Part shown: positions 56,550-64,000 of the stretch, piece after piece | Layout: every line of letters begins with the position of its first letter | How positions within the stretch are numbered: the first letter of the stretch is position 1 | NCBI GenBank assembly: GCA_038230375.1 | Contig: JBBRNJ010000005.1 | Location: forward strand, 128,001-192,000 | DNA: 64,000 bases | Origin: Polyangiales bacterium | GTDB taxonomy: Bacteria > Myxococcota_A > Polyangia > Polyangiales > Polyangiaceae | Direction: 5' to 3' | Translations under genes and position numbers: made by a program | The notes under the pieces: model-generated | Database searches by the model: none | What the model saw: the letters and a program-made list of their open reading frames with translations, nothing else | Told to the model about the DNA's origin: nothing

Positions 56550-56572
56550 AGTCGCAGGTGTGAGTCAGTGCG

Positions 56573-57124
56573 TCAGTCTTTGGATGCATCCTGCACGGAA
56601 CCGGAGTCGGTCGCGGCGTCGGAGCCCGCGTCGGCGTAGGGTGGCACGTGAACGACGACGCGCACGAAGAAGTCTGCACAGGTGTCGTTCCGCACAGTCG
56701 CGACATCCGGAAGCACGCCGAAGAACTTGGCCACGTTGCCGCCACCCGCCGTGAGCGAGTCCTGCGTCTTGGTCGGGTTCACGTTCGCGCTGATGTACGC
56801 CGTGATCTGATCGGGCTGGCGGCCGCCGAGCTGCGGGTAGTACACGTGCCACGTGCGCTCGTGGAGGTAAGCGAGCCAGTCGTCGTTGATGGCGGTGCTC
56901 TCCCAGGTGTTCTCGTCGATCAGGTGTCCTTGCGCCATGCGAGGTTCGGCTGCCGCATCCACGCTTGCGTCGACGTCCCGGTCGTACACGTCTCGTGGAG
57001 GACCCCAGGATAGCTCGTCGCCGTCGCACTGGCGCCCATAGCAGCCAGGCATGAGCAGCGAGGTCACGCCGAGCGAGGCGATGACCGCAACGCACGAACC
57101 GAGCAGCTTCTTCTTCGCGGACAT
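56573..57124 (-). CDS. Hypothetical lipoprotein
   Basis: Lipobox-like MPGC, DAS/DAG linkers; downstream of hemB. Confidence 0.6.
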   Translation of the reverse strand: MSAKKKLLGSCVAVIASLGVTSLLMPGCYGRQCDGDELSWGPPRDVYDRDVDASVDAAAEPRMAQGHLIDENTWESTAINDDWLAYLHERTWHVYYPQLGGRQPDQITAYISANVNPTKTQDSLTAGGGNVAKFFGVLPDVATVRNDTCADFFVRVVVHVPPYADAGSDAATDSGSVQDASKD

Positions 57125-57129
57125 GGGTG

Positions 57130-58119
57130 TCAGCGACCCAGGAGCTCCGCGGCGCGCGGCGCGTGGTACGTCAGGATGAAGTCCGCGCCTGCGCGGCGGA
57201 TGGACGTGAGCACCTCCATCATCGCGCGGTCGAAGTCGATCATGCCCCGCTCTGCCGCGGCATGGATCATGGAGTACTCGCCGGACACGTTGTAAGCGCC
57301 CAGTGGCAGGGTGGAGTGCTCGCGCACGGCGCGCAGCACGTCCAGGTAGGGAAGGGCGGGCTTCACCATCAGCATGTCGGCGCCTTCGATCTCGTCGAGC
57401 GAGGCCTCTCGAAGCGCCTCGCGCGCGTTGCCCGGATCCATCTGGTAGCCGGCGCGGTCGCCGAACTTCGGCGCGCAGTCGGCGGCCTCGCGGAACGGGC
57501 CGTAGAAGGAGCTCGCGTATTTCACGGCGTACGAGAGGATCGCGGTGGAGTCGAAGCCGTCCTTGTCGAGCGCCTCACGGATCTTGCCGACACGTCCATC
57601 CATCATGTCGCTCGGCGCGACGATGTCAGCGCCGGCCTTCGCGAACACCACGCTCATCTCGGCGAGGATCGCGAGCGTGGCGTCGTTGTCGACCTCCATG
57701 GCGCCGGTCTTCGTCTTGCGGAGCACGCCGCAATGGCCGTGGTCCGTGTACTCGTCCACGCACACGTCGGCCATGACGATGAGCTCCGGTACGGCGTCCT
57801 TCATGCGCCGGATCGTCTCGGGCACTGGACCGTTCGGGTCGAGCCCCGCGCGCCCCTCCGGATCCTTGGTCTTCGGAAGGCCAAAGAGGATGCAGGACGA
57901 GATGCCAATCTCCTTGAGCTTCTTCGCCTCCGCCGCCGCGTCCTTCACGGGGATCTGGAAGACGCCGGGCATCGTGCTGATGGCCTTTCGCTCGTCGAGC
58001 GCGGCATGGAAGAACATGGGATAGACGAGGTCGTTCGGCGAGAGCGTGGTCTCGCGCACCAGGGCACGCATCTGGGGAGAGACACGCAGGCGGCGCGGGC
58101 GGATCGTGGGGAAACCCAT
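57130..58119 (-). CDS. hemB: Porphobilinogen synthase
   Basis: RPRRLR, EYTDHGHCG, APSDMMDGR, SSFYGPFREA, MVKPALPYLD, YNVSGEY. Confidence 0.97.
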   Translation of the reverse strand: MGFPTIRPRRLRVSPQMRALVRETTLSPNDLVYPMFFHAALDERKAISTMPGVFQIPVKDAAAEAKKLKEIGISSCILFGLPKTKDPEGRAGLDPNGPVPETIRRMKDAVPELIVMADVCVDEYTDHGHCGVLRKTKTGAMEVDNDATLAILAEMSVVFAKAGADIVAPSDMMDGRVGKIREALDKDGFDSTAILSYAVKYASSFYGPFREAADCAPKFGDRAGYQMDPGNAREALREASLDEIEGADMLMVKPALPYLDVLRAVREHSTLPLGAYNVSGEYSMIHAAAERGMIDFDRAMMEVLTSIRRAGADFILTYHAPRAAELLGR

Positions 58120-58158
58120 GCGCGGAATGCTAGTCGCCGCCCCCAGGGCCGTCGACAG

Positions 58159-59265
58159 TTACTTCACGGGGGCAACGTGCGTGGCGCAGCCAAAGACCAT
58201 GTCGACCTTGCCGCCGACGTTCTTGATGCTCGAGCACGTGGTGCCACACGCCACGATGCGCGTGGGGTGGTTCGCGTCGTCGTAGTGCCAGCCGCTGCCG
58301 CTCGCGCATGTGGCGTCAAAGTCCAGGTCCTGCGCGACGCCGCCAGTGGGCGTGTATTGTACATTCAATTTCGAGGGGTCGAGCGTCTCGCCGTCGGGCG
58401 CGCTCGGGATGGCGTAGTCACAGGACACGGCCGCGACCTTGATGGTGTTGATGGCCGCCGAGAGGTCTGTCTGCGTCTTGGTGGGGTCGCCCACCGAGAC
58501 CATGAGAGCCTGCTTGGTGCCGCCGGCTGCCGCGATCTGGTTGAGGTTCGCGAGGTCGGAGCCAACGCCCACGATGTATGTCGGGATCGTCGCAGCATTC
58601 GTGAAGGCGATCAGCGAGGCGGGGCCGACGTCGCCCTTGTCGGAGCAGACCTCGGGGACGCCATCCGTCACCATCACCACCGCGACGGTGGCGTTCTTGG
58701 CGACGGTCTTCTGGAGCTGCTGCGCGTAGGTCATCGCGCCGGAGAGCGCGGCCATGGTCGGCGTGCCACCCTTGCCGGCCTGCGGGGCCGTCGCGTCGAG
58801 CGCGGCGCCGAACTGGGCGCTGGGGAGATCGGTCACGGCAACGTCGGGCGCGGTGTACTCGGCCTCGCTGCAGAACGCGGGGTATGACTCGTACTTGGGG
58901 AAGAGCGTCATCGCTGCGTGGATGCCCTTCACGTTCGCCGAGGAGAAGAAGCTCTTCATTGCGATCCCAGCGGCGGCCCATTTGCCATCCAGCGACATGC
59001 TGCCGGACTGGTCGTAGGCGAACACGAGGTACACCGGCTTCGCGGTGGCGGTCGCCGTGGACGTGACGCACGCGGCGCTGCCCGGCGGGGGCTTGTTGCT
59101 CTGGTCGCCCTGGCCGAAGCCGGCGCCCGGAGCGCTGTTGTCGGAGGAGGGAGCGGGGGAGTCCTGCTCGAACGGAGCGCTTCCTGCCCCGCCGCCGCTA
59201 CAAGCGACGAGTGACGAGACGACAATGGATGCGCAACCGGAAGCGATGATCTTGGCGAGGTTCAT
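58159..59265 (-). CDS. von Willebrand A domain lipoprotein
   Basis: Lipobox LVAC, MIDAS DQSGS, GGTP, VTDG; Cys-rich C-terminal module. Confidence 0.85.
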   Translation of the reverse strand: MNLAKIIASGCASIVVSSLVACSGGGAGSAPFEQDSPAPSSDNSAPGAGFGQGDQSNKPPPGSAACVTSTATATAKPVYLVFAYDQSGSMSLDGKWAAAGIAMKSFFSSANVKGIHAAMTLFPKYESYPAFCSEAEYTAPDVAVTDLPSAQFGAALDATAPQAGKGGTPTMAALSGAMTYAQQLQKTVAKNATVAVVMVTDGVPEVCSDKGDVGPASLIAFTNAATIPTYIVGVGSDLANLNQIAAAGGTKQALMVSVGDPTKTQTDLSAAINTIKVAAVSCDYAIPSAPDGETLDPSKLNVQYTPTGGVAQDLDFDATCASGSGWHYDDANHPTRIVACGTTCSSIKNVGGKVDMVFGCATHVAPVK

Positions 59266-59517
59266 GGTAGGTCTCCGACGTGTACCCACCATGTACGCAA
59301 ACCTCGTACCGTCGAATTTTCGGAATTCTCCACCCACACCATAACACCACTCATCCATCTGAAATCACAAGCGAAACAGCGCGAGTCCTCCTCCGATGAC
59401 GAAACCACCCTTGCCTGCTTCGCCTGGGACGAATGGACAACGCCGCTGGTCCGCGAGGGATCCAAGCCTGACGCCGCGACGTCGTTTTCGTAAGCATGCT
59501 GACGAAAAGGACCGAGG

Positions 59518-59676
59518 GTCGAGGTCGAGGTCAAGGTCGAAGTCGAAGTCGGGGTTGAGGTCGAAGTCGAAGTCGAGGTCGGGGTCGGGGTCGGGGTCGA
59601 AGTCGAAGTCGAAGTCGAAGTCGAAGTCGAGGTCGTTGCCGTCGTCGTCGTCGTCGTGGTCGACGTCGAAGTCGAA
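59518..59676. repeat. (GTCGAR/GTCGGG)n hexamer array grading into (GTC)n
   Basis: Read directly in a divergent intergenic region; same family as 12930-13012. Confidence 0.9.
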
Positions 59677-59697
59677 ACCGGTATCATCCCCCGCGTC

Positions 59698-60675
59698 ATG
59701 CGAAAGCTTCGTCGTCTCGCGATTGTCCTCGTCCTTGCCGCGTGTGGCAGTCGGACGGGCCTTCCGATCGATGACGAGGGCCTGACGACTGACAACCCCG
59801 ACGGGAGCAAGGACGGCAGCCACGACGGCACCTTCGAGGACGCGGGCGACGAGGACGCGCTCCCCGGCCTGGACGTGCAGCCCAATCCAGACGTCGTCCG
59901 CACGGACTGCCCCGACGCAGAGGCGACGCTCATCTATGTCGTCGCGGACAACAACAACCTCTATAGCTTCTTTCCGACCGACGGGACCTTCACGCTGATC
60001 GGCACGCTCGCGTGTCCCGCTCACCCAACACCAGGGGTCAACCCAGCACCGTTCAGCATGGCCGTCGACCGAAAGGGGAAGGCGTTCGTCGTCTTCAATA
60101 CCGGCGAGCTCTTTCAGGTGAGCACCGCGACGGCTGCCTGTGCCGCCACGGGGTATCAGGTCGATCAAGGCGGATTTCAGACCTTCGGTATGGGTTTTTC
60201 AACGGACTTCCTCGGCCCCACCGAGACGCTCTTCATCGCGGGCGACGGAACGATGGGCGGCGCGTCGGGGCTCGGCTCCATCAACACCCAGACCTTCAAG
60301 CTCTCCATTCTCGGCGCCTTCAACCCTCCCATCCAGCGCGGTGAGCTGACCGGCACCGGCGATGGTCGGCTCTTCTCCTTCTACACGAAGGATCCCACCG
60401 ACCCGCAGGGCGACCCCGTGCCGGCGTTCATCGGCGAGATCGACAAGACCAACGGGCGGGTCGTCGCGGAGAGTCCGCTCCCGTTTCCCCAGGTCTCACA
60501 GGGCCAGGGGTGGGCCTTCGGGTTCTGGGGCGGTGACTTCTACACGTTCACCGCTCCTAACGGCGGCACCATCGTGCAGCGCTACCGACCCGGCGATGGC
60601 ACCGTCACCGACATCGCCAATACCAACGACGTCATCGTTGGCGCCGGCGTTTCCACCTGCGCTCCCCAGCAGTGA
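59698..60675 (+). CDS. Beta-propeller-like lipoprotein
   Basis: Lipobox LAAC GSRTGL; repeated beta-blade motifs; ends VGAGVSTCAP. Confidence 0.7.
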   Translation: MRKLRRLAIVLVLAACGSRTGLPIDDEGLTTDNPDGSKDGSHDGTFEDAGDEDALPGLDVQPNPDVVRTDCPDAEATLIYVVADNNNLYSFFPTDGTFTLIGTLACPAHPTPGVNPAPFSMAVDRKGKAFVVFNTGELFQVSTATAACAATGYQVDQGGFQTFGMGFSTDFLGPTETLFIAGDGTMGGASGLGSINTQTFKLSILGAFNPPIQRGELTGTGDGRLFSFYTKDPTDPQGDPVPAFIGEIDKTNGRVVAESPLPFPQVSQGQGWAFGFWGGDFYTFTAPNGGTIVQRYRPGDGTVTDIANTNDVIVGAGVSTCAPQQ

Positions 60676-61832
60676 GCACGGACGCCGTCACGCTCGTTCA
60701 TCTTGGCCCCGGCGATCCGGGGCTCGTCACGCTTCGCGCCCGTGATGCGCTTCGTGCGGCGACGGTGATCTACGTCGTCGGCGCGGACGCGGCGGACACC
60801 AGTGACGTTGTCGCCCTCGTGTCGTCGCTCGCGGACCGCGCATCCGCGTTCAGCGTCACGCGTGGCGCACCTCCCCCTGACGCCAACGTTCGGGGTGCCG
60901 TGATCGCGCACGGCGCCGCTCCTTCTGACGTTCTGGCTGCAACGGTGATCGCGGAGGCGTGCGCCGCTCGCGCGAATCTGCTCCTCCTTCGCGTGCCTGG
61001 CATCACCGTCGACGCTCACGCCGAGTCCATTCGCGCATTGCCGCTCTGCGGAAAACGCGTGCTCACGCTTCGCGCAAAGGAGCAATCGCAGGACGCCGAG
61101 GTCGTGCTTCACGCGTTTGGTGCAGCTCCGCTGTCCATTCCTGCGCTCGTCATCGCGCCACCACCCGATCCCGCGCGCCTCGAGCAGGCCGTGCGCGAGG
61201 CATCGAGCTACGCGTTCATCGTGTTCACGAGCGCGAACGGCGTGGAACGCTTCTTCGATGTATTGTGCATGCATCTTGGCAAGGACGCCCGCGCGATCGC
61301 GCCCGCGAAGGTCGCTGCTATTGGACCGAAGACCGCAGAGGCTCTGCTCCTGCGCGGGGTCCGTGCCGATGTCGTGGCGAAGGATTTCGTCGGCGAGGCG
61401 CTGGCGCAGGAGCTTGCTGCAGTGCTCGGTGCTCCGGGCCATGCACCCGCCCGTATCTTGCTCCCACGCGCGCTCGTCGCCCGTGACGTGGTCCCCGACA
61501 CGCTCCGAGCGCTCGGCCACACGGTGGACGTGGTCGCGGCGTACGAGACACGCGGCCCCACCGCTGCCGACGCACTGCGCCTCCGCCAGGCGTTGGTCGC
61601 GAAGGAGGTGTTCGCTGTCCTCTTCACCTCCAGCAGCACCGTGACGCACGTCGTGACGGCTCTCGGACCGGATGCCGCTTCCATACTCGCTTCCGTATGC
61701 GTGGTGAGCATCGGTCCGGTCACGTCGAGGACCGCGGCCGAGCACGGCATCCGCGTGGATGTCACCGCGTCCGTCTACACGGTCTCTGGCGCCGTCTCGG
61801 CGCTCTCGCGGTTCGCCGCTGGAAACGTGTAA
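60672..61832 (+). CDS. hemD: Uroporphyrinogen-III synthase with degenerate N-terminal CobA-like region
   Basis: PLCGKRVL, IVFTSANGVERF, AIGPKTA, FTSSSTV, SIGPVT; N-terminal GPGDPGLVTLRA. Confidence 0.88.
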   Translation: MSTDAVTLVHLGPGDPGLVTLRARDALRAATVIYVVGADAADTSDVVALVSSLADRASAFSVTRGAPPPDANVRGAVIAHGAAPSDVLAATVIAEACAARANLLLLRVPGITVDAHAESIRALPLCGKRVLTLRAKEQSQDAEVVLHAFGAAPLSIPALVIAPPPDPARLEQAVREASSYAFIVFTSANGVERFFDVLCMHLGKDARAIAPAKVAAIGPKTAEALLLRGVRADVVAKDFVGEALAQELAAVLGAPGHAPARILLPRALVARDVVPDTLRALGHTVDVVAAYETRGPTAADALRLRQALVAKEVFAVLFTSSSTVTHVVTALGPDAASILASVCVVSIGPVTSRTAAEHGIRVDVTASVYTVSGAVSALSRFAAGNV

Positions 61833-61836
61833 GAAA

Positions 61837-61865
61837 TTGACACCGGGTCCCAGGAAAGGGATGCT
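61837..61865 (+). promoter_or_regulatory. Putative sigma-70 promoter
   Basis: TTGACA, 17 nt, GATGCT, ending 9 nt before ATG 61875. Confidence 0.5.
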
Positions 61866-61874
61866 CCGAACCGC

Positions 61875-64000
61875 ATGTCGTTGAGCTCCCTCATCGTTCA
61901 GCGCGAGATCGCTACGATCCGCGAAGTCGAAGAGGCGCTCTCACGTCAGGTGCTCTACGGCGGTGACCTGGTCACGAACCTCATGGAGGTCGTGCTGGCG
62001 CAGGAGAGCCCGCTCACGCAGGCGCTTGCGGAGTCCTTCGGCATGCAGCCGGCGCAGATCGGCGAGTTGCCGCGAACACCGGAAGAGGCGAAGCGTCTGG
62101 TCCCGAAGGACCTTGCGATCCGTCACTCGATCCTGCCGCTCGCCGCCGACAAGACCGGCATCGTGGTCGCCGTCGCAGAGCCGCTGACGCCGGATGTGGA
62201 GCAGGAGCTCTCGTTCGCGCTTTCGGTCCCCGTGGCGCAGCGCGTATCGCCGCTCTTCCGCATTCGTCAGGCGATCGCGCGTGAGTACGACGTGCCCCTC
62301 GAGCGCCGGTACCAGCGCCTGCTCGCGCGCATGGGTGGTCACGAGATGCCACTGCCCAACTCGCTGCCGCCCCTCCTTGGGATGGCGCCGGCGGTCGCGG
62401 AGCCGCCGCGCATGCCGAGCGACATCCCACGTCTCGGCACGGTCGAGATGCCCGCGGTGAAGGATCCGGCGCGGCGGATCACCCCTCTCTCCAATCCGCC
62501 TCCGCCGCCTCGGCAGCCAACCCCGCTGCCGGATCCTCCGCCTGAGGACCAGGTCCCCCTCACGGCGCCGTCAGGCCACCCCCACACAAGGAGCCCGTCG
62601 GTGATCCCGGCGGTGCATGGACCTGCCGTGGTGATGGCGAATGTGCCGCAGGCGCCCGCGCTTCCGTCGGGCATCGGCGAGGCCGTGCCTTCGACCGGGC
62701 CCAGGTCGCCGCGCGCCACGTCCGATCTTCCGCCCGGCTCATTTCGTCGCCCCAGCGCGCCCGCGCCGCGTCCCACACGTCGTCGCAGGGGGCCGCTCAC
62801 GCTCGAATTGGCGGTGACCGAGATGGACGACACGGCCGACCGTGATGCCGTGCTCGATCTGTTCTTCGAGTTCGCCAAACAGTTCTTCGAGTACTCGGCG
62901 TTCTTCCTGGTGCGCGCGGAGTCGGCCGACGGTCGCGATGCGTTCGGCAGCGGGCTCTCGCGCGAGAAGGTGACCGCGCTCACGATCCCGCTCGATGCGC
63001 CCTCGATGATCGCGGCGGTGCTCGACAAGCGTGCGCCTGCGCTCGTGCTGCCCGGCACGCGCGTGGACCACGGGTTGCTCTCCGAGCTCCACGTCGATGC
63101 GCGCACTCCGCTGCTTCTTTTCCCGCTCGTCGTGCGCAAGAAGGCCGTCGCGCTGCTCCTGGGCGACGGCGCAGACCTGGGCGTGGACGCGGAGGTCGCG
63201 GGCGATCTGACGAAGCTCTCGGCCGCCGCGGCGTCTGCGTTCGAGCGCCTCATCGTCCGCCGCAAGCTCACGGCTGCGGCCATGCCCAAGCCCTCCAATT
63301 CGTCACACGATGCGGTGGTCGTGCCCATCGTCTCCGTGCCGCCCTCGCGCATTCCGCGGCTCGACATGCCGGGCGATTTCGCGCCACGCACCGAGGTCAC
63401 GCCGTTCCAGCCCGCCATCACGCAGACCTCCGTGCACGTCATCCAGGAGATGAACGCGGATGGTTCGCCGCCGCCACCATCCGTGGACGAGCGCGTGCGT
63501 CGCGTGTCCGAGCCTCCGCCAGACGAGCCGCCGCCTGCGACGGTGGTGCAGGTGCGCCGCCCCAGCGGTCCGCCCATCCCGCGTGAAGAGCCCAACAAGG
63601 ACAAGCGGCAGACGTTCTCGTGGGAGGACTACGTGCCTCCGGCGTCCGAGCAGAAGAGCGTGCCCGCGCGCAGGCCGCCCGCGCCCATTCCCACGCAGCC
63701 GCCGCTGCCTTCGGTGATCGTCGAAGTCGACCAGGATTACCGCGACCTCGTCGATCGTCACCTGGCCGGTGACGAGTCCGCGGGCCTGCTTCTGCTGCGC
63801 GCGGGCCAGCACGCGATGCCGGCGATCATGCAGCGCTTCCCCGGGCCCGTCACGATCGACCGTATTCGCTATACGGAGCCGAACCCTCCGCGCGCGCAGG
63901 ACGCCGGCCCGCTCTTGCGCCTCATCGCGGGGCAGCGTCGCGTTGCGTTCCCGTTCGTCATCGCGCGTGCGGAGGACGCCGATCCGGCGCGTCGCATGTG
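61875..64000 (+). CDS. GspE/PilB N-terminal (MshEN-like) domain protein with GAF-like and HEAT regions, FrgA-like, 3'-partial
   Basis: Absent from the ORF track (no stop in window); MSLSSLIVQ...EEALSRQVLYGG...LVPKDLAIRHSILPL...VAVAEP; frame reads as protein at the window end. Confidence 0.75.
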   Translation, partial: MSLSSLIVQREIATIREVEEALSRQVLYGGDLVTNLMEVVLAQESPLTQALAESFGMQPAQIGELPRTPEEAKRLVPKDLAIRHSILPLAADKTGIVVAVAEPLTPDVEQELSFALSVPVAQRVSPLFRIRQAIAREYDVPLERRYQRLLARMGGHEMPLPNSLPPLLGMAPAVAEPPRMPSDIPRLGTVEMPAVKDPARRITPLSNPPPPPRQPTPLPDPPPEDQVPLTAPSGHPHTRSPSVIPAVHGPAVVMANVPQAPALPSGIGEAVPSTGPRSPRATSDLPPGSFRRPSAPAPRPTRRRRGPLTLELAVTEMDDTADRDAVLDLFFEFAKQFFEYSAFFLVRAESADGRDAFGSGLSREKVTALTIPLDAPSMIAAVLDKRAPALVLPGTRVDHGLLSELHVDARTPLLLFPLVVRKKAVALLLGDGADLGVDAEVAGDLTKLSAAAASAFERLIVRRKLTAAAMPKPSNSSHDAVVVPIVSVPPSRIPRLDMPGDFAPRTEVTPFQPAITQTSVHVIQEMNADGSPPPPSVDERVRRVSEPPPDEPPPATVVQVRRPSGPPIPREEPNKDKRQTFSWEDYVPPASEQKSVPARRPPAPIPTQPPLPSVIVEVDQDYRDLVDRHLAGDESAGLLLLRAGQHAMPAIMQRFPGPVTIDRIRYTEPNPPRAQDAGPLLRLIAGQRRVAFPFVIARAEDADPARRM

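Noticed and set aside
59262..60168. ORFs encoding poly-ST, poly-DF or poly-SK tracts
   Set aside because: Translations of the intergenic hexamer repeat, overlapping a better-supported lipoprotein gene

Overview
High-GC myxobacterial chromosome segment; the gene content points to Myxococcota, most likely Polyangiaceae/Labilithrix-like (inference). It is dominated by a gliding-motility (Agl-Glt-type) locus: two GltA/GltB-family outer-membrane beta-barrels (6468-8476), a divergent Cys-rich GltK/CglC-like lipoprotein, contiguous gltC-gltD-gltE-gltF-gltG, an interposed esterase, an extra TPR lipoprotein and a 3855-aa AgmK/GltI-like TPR giant. The rest holds ftsY, an HDAC-family deacetylase, tRNA-His(GTG), YraN, an FHA/sigma-54 activator, an amidase, a ribE-ribBX-ribH-nusB operon running into peptidase and Nudix genes, msrA, hemB, a degenerate cobA-hemD fusion, several lipoproteins and a partial FrgA-like gene. 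No CRISPR array, rRNA, transposase or integrase is visible. Best leads: (1) an identical 10-aa motif DIEIDDPNTP, differing only at synonymous sites, in the disordered N-termini of two unrelated Glt proteins, plus a TonB-box-like N-terminus on the second barrel, suggesting a short-linear-motif coupling system in the gliding machine; (2) a tRNA-His gene with no encoded G-1; (3) NPF repeats in GltG and a pseudo-M48 domain on AgmK; (4) several intergenic repeat families. All family calls come from motif recognition by eye, with no database search.
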